Shown here piece by piece: positions 48,504-57,607 of a DNA stretch of 59,399 nucleotides. Position 1 is the stretch's first letter. Each line of letters begins with the position of its first letter. The stretch spans positions 1-59,399 of the IMG/VR virus record IMGVR_UViG_3300043399_001226; one strand, written 5' to 3'. The stretch comes from a virus. Its lineage: Duplodnaviria; Caudoviricetes. Both the position numbers and the translations under genes were made by a program. The notes below the pieces were generated by a model. It made no database searches. It saw only the letters and a program-made list of their open reading frames with translations, and was not told the origin of the DNA.

Positions 48504-48740
48504 ATGTCAGTTCAAACTAAAGAAGCAGGGAATAAGTTAATTCTTGAATTAGATAACGGGGATAAAACAAAAATAGAAGAAGCTTTAAAAAAATGGAATT
48601 TTAAAGATATGCAATCTTTATTAAGATTCTCTGTCAGTGTTTTACTTGAAACAGAAGATAAAGCTCTTTGGATAAAATCAAATGGAGAATCTACCCTTAT
48701 TGCACCTGCTAAGCATTCTATCAGAGGTGATAATGAGTGA
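48504..48740 (+). CDS. Small RHH-like regulator
   Basis: LILELDNGDKTKIEEALKKWNFKDMQSLLRFSV. Confidence 0.5.
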   Translation: MSVQTKEAGNKLILELDNGDKTKIEEALKKWNFKDMQSLLRFSVSVLLETEDKALWIKSNGESTLIAPAKHSIRGDNE

Positions 48741-49554
48741 AAATATAGATAATGAAGTGAAGTTAACTATAAAACTAAATAACAACCAACCTGTTGAATT
48801 AAATCAACTTACTGCTGCTTTAAATGCTCTAGGCAACCAATACGATGCTTTTTTAAAAAGAAGTGAATCATTTGATTATAACAAGAACCAAAGAAAGTTA
48901 TATATATCTAAATTAGAAAGTGGTTCTATATATGCAGAATTAATACCTGTAGTGATGGAGACAATTAACCAAGCAAATTCTATAATAGAATTTAGTTCTT
49001 ATTTAAAAAACTGTTACGACTATTTTCTAGGTACTACAAGAGAAACAAAATATATATTAACTAAAAAGGATATTGTAGAACTATCAGATATAATCAATCC
49101 AACAGCAAATGATTATGGGAGTAATTTAGTAATAGAAGTTAAAGGCAATAATAACACTATTATTAATAGTATAATCACTGTTGATTCTACTAAAGCCAAT
49201 GCAATACAAAATGGTTTAAATAAAAAATCAGGAGATTTAATGGAAGATCAACCAAAACAATACTCTAAGGTTTTAATGTATTGGGCAAGTGCTAATTTTA
49301 ATGAGAAACATGATAGTAATAGCGGTAAAGTTATAATTCCTGAGATTGATAAAAAACCTAAAAAAGTAATTTTTGATAATGAAAATGATCAAATACTTGC
49401 TATGTCATCTAATATAAAATTTCCTAATAAAAACTGGCAAGATTTAGGTTATATAGTAGATGTTCAGGTTTCCTATATTCATGATAATCCAAACTTATAT
49501 AAAATTACTAGGTTGTATGGAGAGGATACATATGATCCACAAGACGAGAATTAA
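48733..49554 (+). CDS. Hypothetical protein (start likely ATG at 48733)
   Basis: GAGGTGA RBS; KLYISKLESGSIYAEL motif. Confidence 0.7.
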   Translation: MSENIDNEVKLTIKLNNNQPVELNQLTAALNALGNQYDAFLKRSESFDYNKNQRKLYISKLESGSIYAELIPVVMETINQANSIIEFSSYLKNCYDYFLGTTRETKYILTKKDIVELSDIINPTANDYGSNLVIEVKGNNNTIINSIITVDSTKANAIQNGLNKKSGDLMEDQPKQYSKVLMYWASANFNEKHDSNSGKVIIPEIDKKPKKVIFDNENDQILAMSSNIKFPNKNWQDLGYIVDVQVSYIHDNPNLYKITRLYGEDTYDPQDEN

Positions 49555-49567
49555 ACGGTAAAACATT

Positions 49568-49858
49568 ATGTACGCAATATCATTCGACATGGAAGTAGCT
49601 AAGTTAAAGGAACACTACGGCGAACCCTACAACAAAGCTTACGATGAAATTAGGGCTATGATGGAAGATTTAGGTTTTATTGGAACACAGGGTAGTCTTT
49701 ATCTTTCAAAAAATGAGAAAAACGATCTTACAACTGTTTATAAAGTAATTAATAAGCTATCTAACGTTCAGTGGTTCTCTGATTCAGTACGAGATATTAG
49801 AGCCTTTAAAGTAGAAGACTGGTCGGATTTTACTGAAATAGTTAGAAATAATAGATAA
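49568..49858 (+). CDS. vapD: VapD (Cas2-like ferredoxin-fold RNase)
   Basis: [42 protein letters not shown]. Confidence 0.92.
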   Translation: MYAISFDMEVAKLKEHYGEPYNKAYDEIRAMMEDLGFIGTQGSLYLSKNEKNDLTTVYKVINKLSNVQWFSDSVRDIRAFKVEDWSDFTEIVRNNR

Positions 49859-50242
49859 TTATTTAATTTCTATAATTTTAACATCTGTAAAATATTCTTT
49901 GACGTTATAATAATCTTCTTGTTCTGCTGACAAATTAATTTTAGCACTAAAAACAACTTTTTCACCTTCTTTTATTTTACCAAAAAATTCTCCAATATTA
50001 CTAATATTACTAAAATAATACTGGCTAATATAAATAAATTTATTTACGTTAAAGAAAGGGTGATCTATAACCTCTGTAGGTGGATAAAATTCTATGCTAC
50101 TTAATACAATATAAACTTTATCCCTCCATGTCTGATAACATTTAAAAGTGCCAACAAAAACATCATTTCCATTCAAATTGGAATAATCAATTTTATCTTC
50201 CTTCCAAAAGTTTTTTAACTTTTTTAAAAATATTTTAAACAT
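49859..50242 (-). CDS. Hypothetical protein
   Basis: ORF track. Confidence 0.55.
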   Translation of the reverse strand: MFKIFLKKLKNFWKEDKIDYSNLNGNDVFVGTFKCYQTWRDKVYIVLSSIEFYPPTEVIDHPFFNVNKFIYISQYYFSNISNIGEFFGKIKEGEKVVFSAKINLSAEQEDYYNVKEYFTDVKIIEIK

Positions 50243-50389
50243 ATATTCTTTTTTATTGATTATAAATTTAGAAAAGATAAAGCTTTAATTGTATTTGTCA
50301 ATGGTTGAAAACCATCAGTATTCCTATTCTCTAGGTCATATGCTATGCGGAAGTTATCTTTTTTCATGTTTTAGGTATTTATCTGAACG

Positions 50390-51391
50390 TTAATTACTAT
50401 TACTATCACCTGATAATATTTTTTCTCTTTCTTGTTTTATCAATTTAATTTTTTGAAAAATATCTAACGATTTAACATCATTAGTACTCTCTATTTTATT
50501 AAATATATTTTTTTCTTTTTCTGTTATCAAAATACTAAGAAACTCTGTTTGCTTTTTTTTATTACCTTCTATGCCTTGTTTTAATAAATTTACAAGTTTT
50601 TCAACTTCTGTATCTTTCTTGATTTTTATGAAAAACATAAATATTAAATATCCGTCTTCATTAGTAAAAATATCATTTATTTTAGTTAAGTTTTTTAAAT
50701 TAAAGTAAGAATTATTTAATATTTTAATAGTTTCTTCTTCAATCCAATCGTTTACTGGTTTACATTGTTTTAGTGTAGGAGAACCCATTAACATACCATC
50801 GCATATACAAAATACCCGATAATGCTGATTACGTTTTAATTTTGCTAGCTCTTCTTTATATTCTGTATAAAAAAAAGCACTTATTGATGAGAATTGATCA
50901 GGCAAAACAAATCTAATATAATATTGCTCTCCTACCCCACGATTAATATCTGCTATAATACCGCTTAAAATAACTTTTTTATTTCTATAGATATCGTCAG
51001 CACTTATTTCATTCTCATGATAGCTCTTAAACAATTCATTTGCTGAAGTTTTTATAATATCTGGTTTATAAACTCTTTCATACAGACTATCTGTATTTTT
51101 CTTAGAAGAATAAAAAGTTAAATCTTCTTTAATTAAAAGATACATAAACTCTTTTTGCTTCTCCGATAGAAAACTATCAATATCCGTTTCTATCGTATCC
51201 TGTCCATAGCTTTTTTGATTAAGTAAAAAGACAAGTATTGTTATTACAATCACAAAACTTTTTTTTATGTTTTTAATAAACCTTTTGTTTATCATAAGAA
51301 TACTTTTTTGGTTTATTTTAATAACTTTCGGATTTAATCCCTGCAAATTCCATTCTAAATTCAACAATAATTTTTCTGAGTGTATCTTCAT
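50390..51391 (-). CDS. Exported OB-fold protein (tRNA_anti-like; start probably MINKRF)
   Basis: Signal/TM segment; SANELFKSYHENEISADDIYRNKKVILSG.I..I motif. Confidence 0.7.
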   Translation of the reverse strand: MKIHSEKLLLNLEWNLQGLNPKVIKINQKSILMINKRFIKNIKKSFVIVITILVFLLNQKSYGQDTIETDIDSFLSEKQKEFMYLLIKEDLTFYSSKKNTDSLYERVYKPDIIKTSANELFKSYHENEISADDIYRNKKVILSGIIADINRGVGEQYYIRFVLPDQFSSISAFFYTEYKEELAKLKRNQHYRVFCICDGMLMGSPTLKQCKPVNDWIEEETIKILNNSYFNLKNLTKINDIFTNEDGYLIFMFFIKIKKDTEVEKLVNLLKQGIEGNKKKQTEFLSILITEKEKNIFNKIESTNDVKSLDIFQKIKLIKQEREKILSGDSNSN

Positions 51392-52250
51392 AGTTACTTT
51401 CTATCCAACTTTTTACGAATGTGCTAGAAGTCTTTAGCTCAATGGTTTTAGTCTGCTCATCAATAACGGGGGTTAGCTTACTAAACCAATTTTTATAAGT
51501 ATATTGATCGTAAACTCTAACTAATTTCTGACATATGTTTCCCCATGTTCCTTCTGGTAATTTTAGAGGTTCATGTAGTTTCTGCTGTTCTTGATATTTT
51601 TTATTGTTTACTAGTATATTATCCTTGAACCTAAAATTGATATTACCTGTTTTAACTGCGTCATGTTTTTCATACTGTAGAGCTTTAGCCATGTAAGCTA
51701 TAAAGCCTTTTAGGTAGTTAAAAGTAGCTGTTATCTTGGGATTTTTGGACATCTTCAAGACTAGCTGGATAATAAAATTATCAGAGAAAGGACGACCTGA
51801 CTTGGAACGTAGTTCATCACAAATAGCAGAGTTAATTGAAGGTAACATTTCTGCTAGGCTTTTTGCTTTAGAATAAGAATTTTTAAAATTAAAAGAAGAT
51901 TCAGATTTCAGATCTATATTCTTATTAAGATTATTATCTTCTATATTAGAAGTCGGAAGTTTTTTAGTTTTTAACTCGGAAGTAGGAAGAGTAAAAATTC
52001 CGACTTGTTTAAATACATAAACGTTTTTCCTTATTATCCCATCAATCTTTGTAGCTTTCCGCCATTTACTAGCAAATATATAGCTTATTCTGTTTCTGAT
52101 AGTTCGTAATTGTCTATCTGTTATTTTAAGTTCTGTACAAAGGAACTCAAGTGGTAAATAAACAGTTTTACTAGGTGATTTTTCTATGTAATAGGAAATA
52201 ATATCTAAAAGTTTTGATTCTGATTTAGTTGATTTTGGTTTTATTGTCAT
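51318..52250 (-). CDS. Plasmid-type replication initiator with a C-terminal DnaA N-terminal-like domain
   Basis: N-terminal HTH-like region; C-terminal WGNICQKL...TYKNWFSKL....IELKTSSTFVKSWIESNY. Confidence 0.8.
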   Translation of the reverse strand: MTIKPKSTKSESKLLDIISYYIEKSPSKTVYLPLEFLCTELKITDRQLRTIRNRISYIFASKWRKATKIDGIIRKNVYVFKQVGIFTLPTSELKTKKLPTSNIEDNNLNKNIDLKSESSFNFKNSYSKAKSLAEMLPSINSAICDELRSKSGRPFSDNFIIQLVLKMSKNPKITATFNYLKGFIAYMAKALQYEKHDAVKTGNINFRFKDNILVNNKKYQEQQKLHEPLKLPEGTWGNICQKLVRVYDQYTYKNWFSKLTPVIDEQTKTIELKTSSTFVKSWIESNYEDTLRKIIVEFRMEFAGIKSESY

Positions 52251-52295
52251 ATTCCTTAAAAATTGTTAGTAATTAAAATTTTTAAAGAAAAACAC

Positions 52296-52324
52296 TTGAC
52301 TATTAGGTAATATTCTCCTATTCT
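52296..52324 (+). promoter_or_regulatory. Sigma70-like promoter antisense to the rep leader
   Basis: TTGACT-17 nt-TATTCT. Confidence 0.55.
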
Positions 52325-52514
52325 CGGGAATGTTCAGATCCCGAGTTTTTGTGAGTGTTTTTCCTTAAAAAACTCTCTTCGTTATAAGAATTGTTCAGAT
52401 TCTAATTTTAAAGCCTCTAATTATTCATATAAATTCTCCATAAAACTTGAAATACTCTTTTAAAGAACTAAATTAATATGTCAAGAAAGTCAATTATTTT
52501 ATGTTGTTTTTATA

Positions 52515-52856
52515 ATGAAAGAATTTGATATCATGAAAAATATAGAAATATGCAAAGAAGCTATAAGCTTTACAGGACTTTTGTCTAAAGGACAAAAAAG
52601 CGTTTTAAAATATATGCTTGCTTTTGATAGCAAAGGAGGCGTTACTGCTGATACAATAAAAAATTCAAGTATTATATCTAGGCAAGCTGCAAATGTACAT
52701 TTAAAACACTTGATGGAGCGTGGTTTTGTAGATCGCTCAAAGAATAGAGTTTTTGTTTATTACCCAAATAAAACAAGGCTACAAGAGATAATAGAAGAAT
52801 ATAAAACAAGTCAAAAACTAAAAAAAAATGTAAAAAAATGCGAATTATATAATTGA
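52515..52856 (+). CDS. Winged-helix (MarR/ArsR-like) transcriptional regulator
   Basis: ISRQAANVHLKHLMERGFVDR. Confidence 0.75.
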   Translation: MKEFDIMKNIEICKEAISFTGLLSKGQKSVLKYMLAFDSKGGVTADTIKNSSIISRQAANVHLKHLMERGFVDRSKNRVFVYYPNKTRLQEIIEEYKTSQKLKKNVKKCELYN

Positions 52857-52881
52857 CAATCTTATTTTTCCCCTCTATACT
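52853..52881 (+). promoter_or_regulatory. Strong sigma70 promoter of the recombination operon
   Basis: TTGACA-17 nt-TATACT. Confidence 0.75.
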
Positions 52882-53018
52882 CACATCATAAGGCATAAAA
52901 AAACGCCCTAAGCGCTAACTTAAGACGTTTTAAGAACCTTATATGTCGTAAGAATTTTTTTATTTTCTAGATACAACAATTCTTACTTTTAATCACTTTA
53001 TCCATCAATGGAGGATAT

Positions 53019-53672
53019 ATGCAAAATATCTCAAGGCTACCATTATGTCAAGGTAGAAATTCTTACGAAAAAAATCGTAAAAACATTAATAATCTAGCAA
53101 GTTATGGTACAATAGAACCAGTAAATTGCGAATTATCTGCTGTGTCACGACTTGAAGAACTAAGCGTTGCCAAGGCTAAGGAAGTTTTAAGAAAAATGCT
53201 ACTACCGACAAGAGAGGCAGTACAAGTATTTTCTAATCTTAAGCAATTAAGGGAAGCGATAAAAATTTCTAATGAGCGTCAAGCAGTAAAATTACCAGCT
53301 AACATAACCGAAGCTCCTAAGTTTCACGAGGCTAAAAGTGAACCTGTAGAATTATCAGCATCTAGCAAGGAAACATTTGCTAGAATTGGCGAGCGAGCAA
53401 GAGAAGCGTTTATAGAAGAGCAGATAGAGAGAGCTATGTTTTATAACATTCCCTATAAAAGTTATGGCGAGAATTATTACCAGTTAATGGTTGATATTGA
53501 TAAATACGAGTATTTACTGGGAAAGGCAAACGACTATTGTGTAGACTGGGATAGTAGCGAATATGACCTTGTAGCTCTAGAGCAGGCAATAGAAGAAGCT
53601 GAGCATAATGCTTACATGGCCGATCAGGAGTTACGCTCTTATTATTCACAATCAAGAGGGTTAGAGGTATAA
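53019..53672 (+). CDS. Hypothetical protein
   Basis: GGAGGA RBS; first gene of the operon. Confidence 0.7.
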   Translation: MQNISRLPLCQGRNSYEKNRKNINNLASYGTIEPVNCELSAVSRLEELSVAKAKEVLRKMLLPTREAVQVFSNLKQLREAIKISNERQAVKLPANITEAPKFHEAKSEPVELSASSKETFARIGERAREAFIEEQIERAMFYNIPYKSYGENYYQLMVDIDKYEYLLGKANDYCVDWDSSEYDLVALEQAIEEAEHNAYMADQELRSYYSQSRGLEV

Positions 53673-53673
53673 A

Positions 53674-53970
53674 ATGTCTGATTTAAAAGCGTTTGAAGAA
53701 TTACAAAGTGAGCAAGAAATATTCATTGGTCATGTGAGTTCAACAGTTAAGGAATACAAGGAGATGAAGGAACCTTTTAATGAGGTTACAATATGGGACA
53801 TTAGGAATAAGCACGGATCAAGGATTAGTCATGCTATTACTATTAGTTATGATGAATACAAAGTTTTAGAACAAAACGGCATGGTAGGAGAAGACGGGGC
53901 GATAACTTTTAGGGCTGATTTGTGTTTTAAGAATATCAAATTTGCACAATATAAAACATTGGAGATTTGA
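53674..53970 (+). CDS. Hypothetical protein
   Basis: Coupled ORF. Confidence 0.6.
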   Translation: MSDLKAFEELQSEQEIFIGHVSSTVKEYKEMKEPFNEVTIWDIRNKHGSRISHAITISYDEYKVLEQNGMVGEDGAITFRADLCFKNIKFAQYKTLEI

Positions 53971-54226
53971 GATGGCTATAAAAGATCGCTTCATTAAGAA
54001 AGAAGAGTTTTTTAGGTTGTTATTTACTAAAATTGATGGTGTGGATACGCATGAATTGTCAATGTGGCTTAAGTCTCAAACTGACGATGAATGGGTGGTA
54101 GTACCAAGGCAGTTTGTCTATCAGACTGTGTTGTTCTTTGAACAAGCCGCACAGGAATATAAGGATATAATACCTAGCTCAAAAGAGATGTTAAAGGACT
54201 TAGTAATTATAAGGAATTATTTATAG
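53942..54226 (+). CDS. Hypothetical protein (start likely MAIKDRF)
   Basis: Coupled ORF. Confidence 0.55.
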   Translation: MHNIKHWRFEMAIKDRFIKKEEFFRLLFTKIDGVDTHELSMWLKSQTDDEWVVVPRQFVYQTVLFFEQAAQEYKDIIPSSKEMLKDLVIIRNYL

Positions 54227-54314
54227 GAATAATGGAATACCAATATACAGCAACCAGTAAATAATAAAATCATTATATACAAATATTATTATATACATAA
54301 ATAAGGATATTAAT

Positions 54315-55223
54315 ATGAAAAATAAACAAGAATGGTTAAGAGAACGCAAGAATTATCTGGGAGGAAGTGATCTAGGTGCTATAGCTGGACTTAATCCATA
54401 CCGCACGGCTCTTGACGTATACTTAGATAAAACCAGCGATGACATAACCGAAGAGACTAATGCTGCAATGCGGTGGGGCAACCTTTTAGAGGAAGCTGTT
54501 GCTGAGGCTTATAGTGAAGATACTGGTAAAATGGTATGGAAGTGGCTTCAACCGATAAAACATAAAGAATATCCATTTTTAGCAGCAAATATTGATAGAT
54601 GGGTAGGTGATAGAGAGTATGTTCTAGAATGTAAAACAGCTGGCTTTAATAAGGGCAAAGAATGGGGAGACTCAGGCACTGACCAAATCCCCGAGTCATA
54701 TCTGATACAAGTAGCATATTACGCAAGTATATGTGATGTTCCTAAAGTTGATATAGCAGTACTCATTGGCGGACAGGATTTTAGAATTTATACTTACAAT
54801 AGAAATAAGGATTTAGAGGATAAAATAATAAAAATAGGCGTTAATTTCTGGCATAACCATATAGAAAAAAGAATACCGCCTAAATGTGTTAATACTAGGG
54901 ATACATTTAATTTATTTCCTCAAAGTAATTATCACGAAATAGTAGCGGAAAGTAACATTTTGGAAAAATGGGAACAACTTAAAACTGCGAAAGAAGAAGA
55001 AAGTAGGATAGCCGATACCATTGAGAAATTAAAGACCGATATACAGGAATTTATGAGAGATTATGACGTGCTAATTGATAATCAGGGGAACGTAATAGCT
55101 ACATGGAAAAATACAGCTCCAAAGTCGTTTTTTGATGTAAAAAAGTTCAAAGATGAGGCAAAAGAGCTGTATTTGAAGTATATTAGTCATGCTAAGCAAT
55201 CGAGAATGTTTTTAATTAAATAA
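54315..55223 (+). CDS. YqaJ-like viral exonuclease
   Basis: WLRERKNYLGGSD, WGNLLE, ANID, LECKTA, YLIQVAYY. Confidence 0.93.
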   Translation: MKNKQEWLRERKNYLGGSDLGAIAGLNPYRTALDVYLDKTSDDITEETNAAMRWGNLLEEAVAEAYSEDTGKMVWKWLQPIKHKEYPFLAANIDRWVGDREYVLECKTAGFNKGKEWGDSGTDQIPESYLIQVAYYASICDVPKVDIAVLIGGQDFRIYTYNRNKDLEDKIIKIGVNFWHNHIEKRIPPKCVNTRDTFNLFPQSNYHEIVAESNILEKWEQLKTAKEEESRIADTIEKLKTDIQEFMRDYDVLIDNQGNVIATWKNTAPKSFFDVKKFKDEAKELYLKYISHAKQSRMFLIK

Positions 55224-55230
55224 GGTAACA

Positions 55231-55356
55231 ATGGTTTGTAATATTCACTTTATGGCATACGCAGTATTAATATTGGCTACTAGTATATGGATAACAGTTT
55301 TGTATAGAGATTTTAACAAGAAAATAGAAGAAGAGGAGGTTGATGAGAATGAGTAA
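55231..55356 (+). CDS. 41-aa membrane peptide (not in ORF track)
   Basis: AAGGT RBS; MVCNIHFMAYAVLILATSIWITVLY. Confidence 0.45.
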   Translation: MVCNIHFMAYAVLILATSIWITVLYRDFNKKIEEEEVDENE

Positions 55357-55576
55357 TACAAGCTATATTCATACAGGAAAAATCAAATTTTATAACGAAG
55401 AAAAAGGCTATGGCTTTATTATTGACGATGACGATCATGATGAAGAATATTTTTTTAATAAAACACAAGCTTTTAATGCAGGTATTGGACCGAAAGATAT
55501 AGGAGCTAGTGTCTCTTATTTACTGGATTACGACAAAGAAAAGCACAGATATAAGGTTATTAATTTAGAAATGTAA
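55340..55576 (+). CDS. Cold-shock domain protein
   Basis: TGKIKFYNEEKGYGFI (RNP1), EYFF (RNP2-like). Confidence 0.85.
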   Translation: MMRMSNTSYIHTGKIKFYNEEKGYGFIIDDDDHDEEYFFNKTQAFNAGIGPKDIGASVSYLLDYDKEKHRYKVINLEM

Positions 55577-55597
55577 TTAAAAGAAAGGATATAGAAA

Positions 55598-56479
55598 ATG
55601 AGTAACATAGCAGCAATAAATACCAGTAATGAAATTGACCAGCATATATGGTCAGCACTAAAAAACAGCTTATATACTGGAGCAAGAGATGAAAGTATAA
55701 AAATGGTTCTTGATTATTGCAAGGCGGCAAAATTAGACCCAATGCAAAAGCCTGTACATATTGTTCCGATGAGTGTAAAAAATGCCGTTACAGGTAAATA
55801 CGAGTACAAGGACGTGGTTATGGCAGGTGTTGGCTTATATAGAATACAGGCGGCACGTAGTAATCAATATGCGGGTGTAAGCGAGCCTGAATTTGGCGAA
55901 GATGTTACATGTAGTTTAGGGAGTGCTGAAATTACCTATCCTAAATGGTGTAAGGTAACAGTTAAAAAGCTTGTAAATAATACTATTGTTGAATTTACTG
56001 CGAAAGAATACTGGTTAGAAAACTATGCTTCTAAAAAAGACGAACTGACACCTAATACTATGTGGCGAAAAAGACCATATGGTCAACTTGCCAAATGTGC
56101 CGAGGCACAAGCCTTGCGTAAGGCTTTTCCTGAGATAGTCAGTCAGCATCCGACAGCTGAGGAAATGGAAGGCAAGCATTTTAATGAGCTTGAAATGGAA
56201 GTTAAAAATATAACACCAAAATCCCAAAGCATAAGTAGCAAACTTGATTCTGTATTATCTCATCAGGAGGAAGAGGTCAAAGTTCAAGAACCAAGCGAAA
56301 CACTTTTAGAGTTGCTAGAACTTATAAAATTGCATAACGTATCAAGCGAGATAATAAACAAGTGGTGTAGCAAAGCTGGAGCTCCGAGTATTGCTGATTT
56401 AGGAGAGGAAAGACAACTTGCCTGTATAGAGTATATAAATAAGCAGTATAATTATTCGCAGGATATGGAGGCGGCTTAA
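55598..56479 (+). CDS. bet: Bet-family single-strand annealing recombinase
   Basis: YCKAAKLDPMQKPVHIVP, YRIQAARS, MWRKRPYGQLAKCAEAQALRKAFP. Confidence 0.92.
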   Translation: MSNIAAINTSNEIDQHIWSALKNSLYTGARDESIKMVLDYCKAAKLDPMQKPVHIVPMSVKNAVTGKYEYKDVVMAGVGLYRIQAARSNQYAGVSEPEFGEDVTCSLGSAEITYPKWCKVTVKKLVNNTIVEFTAKEYWLENYASKKDELTPNTMWRKRPYGQLAKCAEAQALRKAFPEIVSQHPTAEEMEGKHFNELEMEVKNITPKSQSISSKLDSVLSHQEEEVKVQEPSETLLELLELIKLHNVSSEIINKWCSKAGAPSIADLGEERQLACIEYINKQYNYSQDMEAA

Positions 56480-56569
56480 AATTTGTTAATTGACCAAATC
56501 ATATTAATTGTATAAGTTTAAATAAGTCGGTAGTGACTTGCTGATTTTTTTCATATATATACACCTAAG

Positions 56570-56597
56570 AAGCTGGGATTTGCGTCCTGGCTTTTTT
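56570..56597 (+). terminator. Rho-independent terminator
   Basis: AAGCTGGGA-TTTGCG-TCCTGGCTT followed by a T run. Confidence 0.65.
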
Positions 56598-56661
56598 GCT
56601 TTTTTATATTTTTTAACAAGGGAAAATAATATAATTAATCTGAATAAATAAGAGTTTAATT

Positions 56662-56922
56662 ATGTTATCGGATATACTTAACTACATAAAATCTATAATT
56701 CTAAGCAAATCATTTCTGATTTTCTTGATGGGTTTTCTTTTGGCCATTGCGGCATTTTCCCATTATATATTTGGCAATGACAATTTACTTGAACAACTGG
56801 GAGAATACTTTGTTTTTGAACAAACTGGCAAGAAAGTAGATTTTAGCCCTGAAGATGGTAATCAGTCTGTTGTTGATACTATAGAAACTACAGTTGAGGC
56901 GGTAAAAAATGCAAATAAATAA
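56662..56922 (+). CDS. Membrane protein, holin candidate
   Basis: One TM segment; overlaps the lysozyme start. Confidence 0.5.
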   Translation: MLSDILNYIKSIILSKSFLIFLMGFLLAIAAFSHYIFGNDNLLEQLGEYFVFEQTGKKVDFSPEDGNQSVVDTIETTVEAVKNANK

Positions 56923-57376
56923 AAAAGGCTTAGACTTACTTAAAACATGGGAACAAGGACCAAAAGGAGGATTTGCGTCTAGTATTTACTCGTGCAGTGC
57001 TGGTAAGCGTACTATAGGCTATGGTCATGTTATTACAGCTGATGAGAATATTAATGAGCCGATATCCGAGGCTAAGGCAGAAGAGTTACTTAAAAAAGAT
57101 ATTATTTGGTCTGAAGATGCGGTTAATAAGTACGTAAAAGTTGCTTTAACGCCAAATCAATTTAGTGCTTTAGTTTGTTTTGTATTTAATATTGGAGTAG
57201 ATAATTTTGAAAAGTCCACTTTATTGTCTTGCATAAATAAGGGGTTGTTTGATAAAGTACCAGACCAGTTTTTACGTTGGAATAAGATTACTGTTAATGG
57301 TGTTAAGGTGGTTTCAAATGGACTTACCAACAGAAGAAAAGCTGAAGTAGCCTTGTGGAATGATACAGAGAATTAA
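56909..57376 (+). CDS. GH24 phage lysozyme (endolysin)
   Basis: GLDLLKTWE, YSCSAGKRTIGYGH, NQFSALVCFVFNIG, GLTNRRKAE. Confidence 0.93.
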   Translation: MQINKKGLDLLKTWEQGPKGGFASSIYSCSAGKRTIGYGHVITADENINEPISEAKAEELLKKDIIWSEDAVNKYVKVALTPNQFSALVCFVFNIGVDNFEKSTLLSCINKGLFDKVPDQFLRWNKITVNGVKVVSNGLTNRRKAEVALWNDTEN

Positions 57377-57485
57377 TCTTGACTAGCGAGTAATATTTGG
57401 TATGTTAAACGTGCGTGTCATTTTCTTTTTCCTCTCAAATTTTAAAAAAGTTAAGAAAACATCTTAGAAAAAAAGCGTCGAATTT

Positions 57486-57513
57486 TGTATACATAACTTA
57501 GGTTATGACAAAT
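57486..57513 (+). other. dif-like XerC/XerD recombination site
   Basis: TGTATACATAA-CTTAGG-TTATGACAAAT (11-6-11) in the gap between convergent genes. Confidence 0.6.
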
Positions 57514-57607
57514 GTTGCTAATTTACCACGCTAAAAGTTAAGAATAAAAAAGTAAATTAACTGAAATTTTACTACTCATAATTACTACAAATTATTAACA
57601 TTTTTTT

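Noticed and set aside
49568-49858. Cas2/CRISPR system
   Set aside because: The protein is VapD; I saw no repeat-spacer array or other cas genes
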